From: Kiritimatiellia bacterium
Lineage (GTDB): Bacteria > Verrucomicrobiota > Kiritimatiellia > RFP12 > UBA1067
NCBI GenBank assembly: GCA_028700415.1
Contig: JAQVSS010000001.1
Coordinates: 955 to 64,954, forward strand
Length of the DNA: 64,000 nucleotides
Direction of reading: 5' to 3'
Position numbers and translations under genes: made by a program. This document shows, piece after piece, positions 59,114-64,000 of this stretch. Each line of letters starts with the position of its first letter. The stretch's first letter is position 1. The notes below the pieces were generated by a model. It searched no databases. It was given only the letters and a program-made list of their open reading frames with translations, and was not told where the DNA came from.

Positions 59114-60880
59114 TCACAGCAGCGCTTCTTCGAGCTTGGCCTTGAGCTGGTCGAGCGTCAGACGCTCCTGTTGCATGGTGTCGCGGTCGCGCAGGGTCAC
59201 CGTGCCGTCGTCCAGCGTCTGAAAATCGATGGTCACGCACCACGGCGTGCCGATCTCGTCCTGACGGCGATAGCGACGGCCGATCGCGCCGCCCTCGTCC
59301 CAGAACGCGGCGCAGCGGCGGCGCAGGTGCCCGAAGATCTCGCGGGCCTTGTTGTAGACCTCAGGCTTGTTCTTGACCAGCGGGAAAACAGCGACCTTCA
59401 CCGGCGCGATGCGCGGGCTGAAGTGCATGACGACGCGCACGTCCTCTTTGCCCTTCTCGTCCGTCAGCTTCTGCTCCTCGTAGGCGTTGCAGAGCAGCGC
59501 CAGCATCATGCGGTCCACGCCCGCGGAGGGTTCGATCACATGCGGGACGTACTTGCCCTCGAAGAGTTTCGCCACGAAGGCGCGGGCCGCCTCGGCATCC
59601 TTGCCGCGTGTGGCCCACTCGGCCGACACCTTCGCGGTGAAGGCGGCCTTGGCCGCCTCGTCCAGTTTCGCGGCGGCCAGCTTGAGCGGCTCGTCGAAGA
59701 CCTCCATGCTCTTGCCGCTGTGCTTCTGGTGCTGCGTGAGGTCGAAGTCCGAGCGCGCGGCGATCCCTTCAAGCTCCTGCACGCCGAAGGGGAAACTGTA
59801 TTCGATGTCCACGCAGGCGCGGGCGTAGTGGGCGAGTTCCTCGGGCTTCTGCCAGTACTCCACAAACGAATCCTTGGGCAGTCCGCACGCCTGAATCCAC
59901 GCTTTGCGCTGCTCAACCCAATATTTGTGCCACACCTCCCAGCCCCACGACGCCTGCGGAACCGAGAGATCCGGGCTGTCGGCCATGGTCGTGACGGTGC
60001 CGCAGATCAGCTCGACCGCCTCGTCAGGCCGGATGAAGAACTCCAGTTCCATCTGCTCGAACTCGCGCGAGCGGAAAGTATAGTTGCGGGGCGTCACCTC
60101 GTTGCGGAACGATTTGCCCATCTGCGCGATGCCGAACGGCACCTGCTGACGGCTGGTGACCTGCACGTTCTGGAACTGCGCGAAGATCGCCTGCGCGGTC
60201 TCGGGCCGCAGGTACGCGACGTTGGCGGGATCGTCCACCGGGCCGACGACGGTCTTGAACATCAGGTTGAAGGGGCGCGGCTCGGTCAACTCGCCGCCGC
60301 AGTAGGGACACGGCGTCACTGCGGGCTGGGAGCCTTTCGCGTTAGCGAGCAGCACGTAGAGCGCCTGCGCGTCCGCGTAAGCGGCGGGATCCGCCTTGAT
60401 CTTCTCGAATGCCGCAGTCAATGCGTCCGCGTCACGTACGGCGGCGAGGTTCGGGGCAAGGCCTTTGGCCTTTCCTTTACACCAGCCCGCCACCTTGCCC
60501 GCGTCCACACCCCCAACAATCAGCGCGGCCAAGCCCTGTCCGATTTCGCCGTCCGCCAGAATGTCCCAGACCTGGTCCGCACGCATCAGTTTTTTGCAGG
60601 ACTTGCAGGTGCTCATGGGATCCGAAAACGTGTCGAGGTGGCCGGACGCCTTCCAGATGGCCGGGTGCATGATGATGGTGGCATCAAGACCCGCCACATC
60701 CTCGCGGTTGCGGACCGTGGTCTTCCACCAGTCCTCCTTGATGTTGCGCTTCATCTCGCAGCCCAAAGGCCCGTAATCCCAAAATCCGTTGATCCCGCCA
60801 TAAATCTCGGAACTGTGGAAAATAAACCCGCGGCGCTTGCACAGCGAAGAAATGACATCCAGACTATTCGTGGTCGGCAT
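59114..60880 (-). CDS. glyQS: glycine--tRNA ligase, homodimeric alpha2 type
   Basis: CKRRGFIF.SSEIYGG, DYGPLG, YLRPETAQ, FRNEVTPR, REFEQMELE, IEPSAG, IGRRYRRQDEIG. Confidence 0.96.
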   Translation of the reverse strand: MPTTNSLDVISSLCKRRGFIFHSSEIYGGINGFWDYGPLGCEMKRNIKEDWWKTTVRNREDVAGLDATIIMHPAIWKASGHLDTFSDPMSTCKSCKKLMRADQVWDILADGEIGQGLAALIVGGVDAGKVAGWCKGKAKGLAPNLAAVRDADALTAAFEKIKADPAAYADAQALYVLLANAKGSQPAVTPCPYCGGELTEPRPFNLMFKTVVGPVDDPANVAYLRPETAQAIFAQFQNVQVTSRQQVPFGIAQMGKSFRNEVTPRNYTFRSREFEQMELEFFIRPDEAVELICGTVTTMADSPDLSVPQASWGWEVWHKYWVEQRKAWIQACGLPKDSFVEYWQKPEELAHYARACVDIEYSFPFGVQELEGIAARSDFDLTQHQKHSGKSMEVFDEPLKLAAAKLDEAAKAAFTAKVSAEWATRGKDAEAARAFVAKLFEGKYVPHVIEPSAGVDRMMLALLCNAYEEQKLTDEKGKEDVRVVMHFSPRIAPVKVAVFPLVKNKPEVYNKAREIFGHLRRRCAAFWDEGGAIGRRYRRQDEIGTPWCVTIDFQTLDDGTVTLRDRDTMQQERLTLDQLKAKLEEALL

Positions 60881-61025
60881 AAGAATCCTTCATGACTGAC
60901 CGCATTCAAAATAATGCGGGCTTAAAGCGTTGCATTTTCACCCAAACCGCATCGGTTAGGCAAGTGAAATATGCCCCTGATCTGCGCGGGAAAACGGCTT
61001 TTCACAAAGGCGGGCACAACGCCGC

Positions 61026-63341
61026 TCAGAACGCCCGTTTGGCGACGGGCGTCAACAGGTAAGCCTTGAAGGCGAAATCCGGGCGGAAGTGCGGGACAGG
61101 GATTGAGAGCACGCTGTCCTGCGTCCGCACATCGAAACGGCGCACAGCGGTTCCGGTCGCCGTCTCAAAAAACTCCACGCGGAAAATACCGGGCGTGAGC
61201 CCGTCTATCGCGATGGTCAGGTGGCCGGCCTCAGGCGGCGGCTCCGCCGCACGCGCAAACCGTGTGGGATAGATGTAACCGCGCGCCTTTTCCGGCGAGG
61301 CCGTGCAGACCGCATTGAATTTCTTAAGCAGGCTTTGATCCCCATTGTCCGGCACGCTCAGCGTCACCGGAACCCGCTTCGCGGCGGTGTCGCGCGGATC
61401 CGTGTTCTCCATAAACCTCTTCACGGCGGTGTACTGGACATAAAGGTTGTTCTCATCGACCACCTGCCACCACCAGAACATGGGCACCCCCGCCAGCGGC
61501 ACGCACGCGCCGACCCAGAGCGCGGCATGCTGCTCGATCATCAAATGCTCGCGCCCCGCCGCCATTGGCGAGCCCCCAAACTCCGTAATGAGAATGGGTT
61601 TGTTGTAGGCCGCACCCGCATCGGCGGTGCTTGCGGCCAAGGCAATGATGCGTTCCGGCTGGCCGTGATGGTAGGCGTCAAGGGGCGTGAAATCCATCTC
61701 GGGCAGGTTGCAGAGCACAGGGTTAAGAAACGTATAGTCGTTGGAGATGTGGGAAGAGACCAGATGCCCGTAAGGGTCGATCGTCTTGAGGTAGGCGCCT
61801 ATCACCCGGCACCACTCGACAACCTCGGGAACGAAGTGGGTGCGGTGGTGGGTCTCATGCCCCGTCAGGTTCAGCTCGCTGCACAGCTCGTATCCGAAGA
61901 TCACCGGGGCCCACCCCCAACGCGCTTGGGTATACCGGCAGAAACGCTTCTGCATCTCAATGGCGCGCCCGTCACTGAAGAATTCGAGCGGCATGGTCAA
62001 CCAGCCGCCGGGGGTGGCTTTGTTGTAGGGATGCAGGTGCCACTCCGGGTCGCACCAGGAGCTGATGCGCCCGTGGTAGTTCAGCACCAAATTGAGATAG
62101 ATACGGTGCTGGAAAGCGAGGTCGATGACGCGGTCCAATTCCCACGCATTGCCCATGTGGTAATCGTTCGCGCCATGGTAACCGCTCACGCCCTCGGTCC
62201 ATTCCAGCCCGAGCGACCAGGCGCTCATCCAAACCTCGGCCATGTTTTCGCCCGCATCCTGCATGCGCTTGAAATATCGGCGGTAGGCGGTCGTACCTTC
62301 CTCCTTACGGAAAACCCAAGGGAACTTGTCGTCCATCCGCGAGTCGGTGGCGGAGCGCACGTTGTGGCCGATCGGGTAGTAGAGCGTCGCGTCGTCGAAC
62401 TCGAAATACCGGCGGTCTTTTTGCGAAACGCGCACAAAACGCGGGGCATTTTCCGCAGGCGGGGCCGCGGTAAACCGCAGGGCATTCGTGACGATGGCTG
62501 TACCCAAGGCGTCGCGTGCGTACAGCGTGACCGCATGTTCGCCCGGCACACGCGGACAGAAGCGCACACGCCATTCCGGCTGACCATCCGGCTCGACCGG
62601 TTCGCCGAGTTCGTCCTCGAGCCGGTAGTGCGGCTGATAATAAAAGGCATGGACCGTGTTGGTCCTCCCGTCCGGAGTGGTGATGGTCGCGCCGGTGTCG
62701 ATCTGCGTCGGGTCGAAAGGGTTGGCGTACCGGTCCGGCAAGTCGAAACGGGCCTCGTAAAGCGACAGCGCCTGAGCCGCACGGGTCACCGGGCGGATTT
62801 TCGCAATCACCGGCGGTCCGGCAACCTCCCGCGTCTCGAGGGTTGCGGACACGAGAACACACTTCCCGGTGAATGCTGTGTCCGAGAAGACACGGAAACC
62901 GACGGATTGCGGATTGAGACGCACGCGGTGATGCCACACGAGGGAGTGGCCCGGCGTCTGCCAGCCGGCGGCTCCCGGCTGAAAAGGGATCACCAGCGAA
63001 TTGGTCTGACCTCCCGCCAGGGGAGTGGCAACCAGGTTCTGGTGCCAATAATCGTCGCGGTCTTTCAGCCACACCAGTGCCCTCGACTCGACAGGCGCGC
63101 CCGCAGGCCAGACGAGACTCAGGTGAAGCGCAGCGGCCTCAAGCCAGTTCGTGGCATGAGGCACATGCAGAGTCAGGTTACATTCGCCCGGGAAGACGAA
63201 CCCCACCTCAAGCGGCAACGTCTGGGCCGCCCCCCCCTTGACAGGCGAAACGCCGAGCGGGACGGTTCCAGCCCACAACCGGAATACGGAAATCAGGGCA
63301 ACGCCGACGACAGCGAACCGGTTTACGCTAAAGAATAACAT
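61026..63341 (-). CDS. exported DUF5060-domain GH5-like glycoside hydrolase
   Basis: Signal peptide; NPFDP, WRVRFCP..PG, YELCSE (acid/base region), LITEFG (nucleophile region), MFWWW; start uncertain. Confidence 0.75.
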   Translation of the reverse strand: MLFFSVNRFAVVGVALISVFRLWAGTVPLGVSPVKGGAAQTLPLEVGFVFPGECNLTLHVPHATNWLEAAALHLSLVWPAGAPVESRALVWLKDRDDYWHQNLVATPLAGGQTNSLVIPFQPGAAGWQTPGHSLVWHHRVRLNPQSVGFRVFSDTAFTGKCVLVSATLETREVAGPPVIAKIRPVTRAAQALSLYEARFDLPDRYANPFDPTQIDTGATITTPDGRTNTVHAFYYQPHYRLEDELGEPVEPDGQPEWRVRFCPRVPGEHAVTLYARDALGTAIVTNALRFTAAPPAENAPRFVRVSQKDRRYFEFDDATLYYPIGHNVRSATDSRMDDKFPWVFRKEEGTTAYRRYFKRMQDAGENMAEVWMSAWSLGLEWTEGVSGYHGANDYHMGNAWELDRVIDLAFQHRIYLNLVLNYHGRISSWCDPEWHLHPYNKATPGGWLTMPLEFFSDGRAIEMQKRFCRYTQARWGWAPVIFGYELCSELNLTGHETHHRTHFVPEVVEWCRVIGAYLKTIDPYGHLVSSHISNDYTFLNPVLCNLPEMDFTPLDAYHHGQPERIIALAASTADAGAAYNKPILITEFGGSPMAAGREHLMIEQHAALWVGACVPLAGVPMFWWWQVVDENNLYVQYTAVKRFMENTDPRDTAAKRVPVTLSVPDNGDQSLLKKFNAVCTASPEKARGYIYPTRFARAAEPPPEAGHLTIAIDGLTPGIFRVEFFETATGTAVRRFDVRTQDSVLSIPVPHFRPDFAFKAYLLTPVAKRAF

Positions 63342-63386
63342 ATTGAATGACTGAGCAAACGGTATGCCAGCCGAACGGGACGACAT

Positions 63387-63416
63387 AAAAAATATGCCCG
63401 CCCAAAAAGGGCGGGC
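63387..63416 (-). terminator. rho-independent terminator after the small basic ORF
   Basis: Minus strand GCCCGCCC-TTTTT-GGGCGGGC followed by ATATTTTTT. Confidence 0.75.
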
Positions 63417-63427
63417 CATGCGCCATA

Positions 63428-63529
63428 TCATTGCGCCGCTTTCTTGGCCTTTTTCTCCATGCGCTTTTCTTTCAGCGTCTTGGTCGGTTTCTTTTTCTCT
63501 TCTTTCTTCGCGTCATGATTTTTGGCCAT
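63428..63529 (-). CDS. 33-aa lysine-rich small protein (absent from ORF track)
   Basis: MAKNHDAKKEEKKKPTKTLKEKRMEKKAKKAAQ*; purine-rich AAGGGTGCGAGGT before ATG; own promoter and terminator. Confidence 0.75.
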   Translation of the reverse strand: MAKNHDAKKEEKKKPTKTLKEKRMEKKAKKAAQ

Positions 63530-63602
63530 ACCTCGCACCCTCCACTTGTGCCATACGTCACACCTCGTGTGTCGCACAGCGTTCTTTAGACATTACGGGT
63601 GA

Positions 63603-63631
63603 ACAATAACAAGTGGCCGCGACCGTGTCAA
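63603..63631 (-). promoter_or_regulatory. sigma70-like promoter with extended -10 for the small basic ORF
   Basis: Minus strand TTGACA-17-TATTGT with TG at the extended -10 position. Confidence 0.6.
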
Positions 63632-63651
63632 TGGGGCGCAGTCCGGAAGGG

Positions 63652-63680
63652 TTGACGTCCCCGCAAATGTCCGATAAATT
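63652..63680 (+). promoter_or_regulatory. divergent sigma70-like promoter
   Basis: TTGACG-17-TAAATT. Confidence 0.45.
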
Positions 63681-63733
63681 ATTTTTTGCATTCTGGATGT
63701 CGAACCGCGGAGCAGATCCGCTTGAAACCGGTC

Positions 63734-64000
63734 ATGCCACACATACACCATACGTCCCATCGAACACACTCCGCAAGGCGGAGCCGCAACGCTGCCACTG
63801 AGGGCCATTCTCAACGAAGGGCCGTCATCACCGGCGGAAGCGGCTGTATCCTGGAGGCGGACGCGCAAGCGGAGGATCGCGGACAGTCCCGCCCCCATCG
63901 TTCACCCCGGGCCGCCGCAGCCGGCAAGAACGCCGCTGCCGCATGCGTCCTGTTCGCCTCCCTAGGGCTCGGCTGCGCGCTGGCCGCTGAAATCAACGTG
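63734..64000 (+). CDS. 5' end of a probable exported protein running off the window
   Basis: Open frame from ATG 63734 to the end, finishing KNAAAACVLFASLGLGCALAAEINV (signal-peptide-like); true start uncertain. Confidence 0.4.
   Translation, partial: MPHIHHTSHRTHSARRSRNAATEGHSQRRAVITGGSGCILEADAQAEDRGQSRPHRSPRAAAAGKNAAAACVLFASLGLGCALAAEINV

Noticed and set aside
60881..61025. Possible T-box or glycine riboswitch before glyQS
   Set aside because: Only a 7-bp hairpin (CCGCATT/AATGCGG); no T-box consensus or aptamer recognisable
58874..63338. 673-aa and 705-aa plus-strand ORFs
   Set aside because: Antisense to glyQS and the GH-like gene; no recognisable domains
63680..63990. Possible structured ncRNA (e.g. 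CTCCGCAAGGCGGAG hairpin)
   Set aside because: No tRNA, tmRNA, RNase P or SRP hallmarks; region reads as an open frame ending in a signal peptide
1..64000. Prophage, integrase, rRNA, tRNA, cas or reverse transcriptase genes
   Set aside because: None recognised in any frame or intergenic region by eye; a covariance-model scan would be needed to exclude small RNAs

Overview
GC-rich bacterial chromosome segment. The gene repertoire (PilB-PilT-PilB, many exported FAD oxidoreductases, Tat-exported Gfo/Idh/MocA enzyme, alpha2-type GlyRS, beta-strand-repeat protein with a short C-terminal GT-hydrophobic tail) suggests a PVC-superphylum organism, most likely Kiritimatiellia; this is inference only. 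Most of the window is housekeeping: tsaD, ctpA, tadA, yggS, recR/ybaB, murJ, MsbA-like ABC, trxB, gatCAB, rsmD-coaD-yceD-rpmF-plsX, fabD-fabG-acpP, fabH-fabF-fabZ-leuB, ruvA, larB, glyQS. Accessory or unusual elements: (1) a REP-associated HUH tyrosine transposase (RAYT) fused to a DprA/SMF-like SLOG domain, carrying an in-frame REP doublet and preceded by the orphan 28-codon tail of an Eco57I/Type IIG-like restriction-modification gene, all inserted between recR and yggS; (2) a lower-GC AAA_21 ATPase + DUF4276/TOPRIM-like pair spliced into the glyQS-larB operon (candidate anti-phage system); (3) a partner-switching cassette (STAS + NMT1-like binding protein + Cache-HAMP-PP2C-RsbW fusion) divergent from a non-RD Hanks kinase; (4) a shared TGACA-N13-TGTCA palindrome upstream of both fab operons; (5) an unlisted 33-aa lysine-rich microprotein with its own promoter and terminator; (6) a truncated SGNH-hydrolase remnant, REP-like and inverted-repeat relics and several probable leaderless genes. 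No rRNA, tRNA or CRISPR array was recognised. All family assignments come from motif recognition by eye, not database searches.
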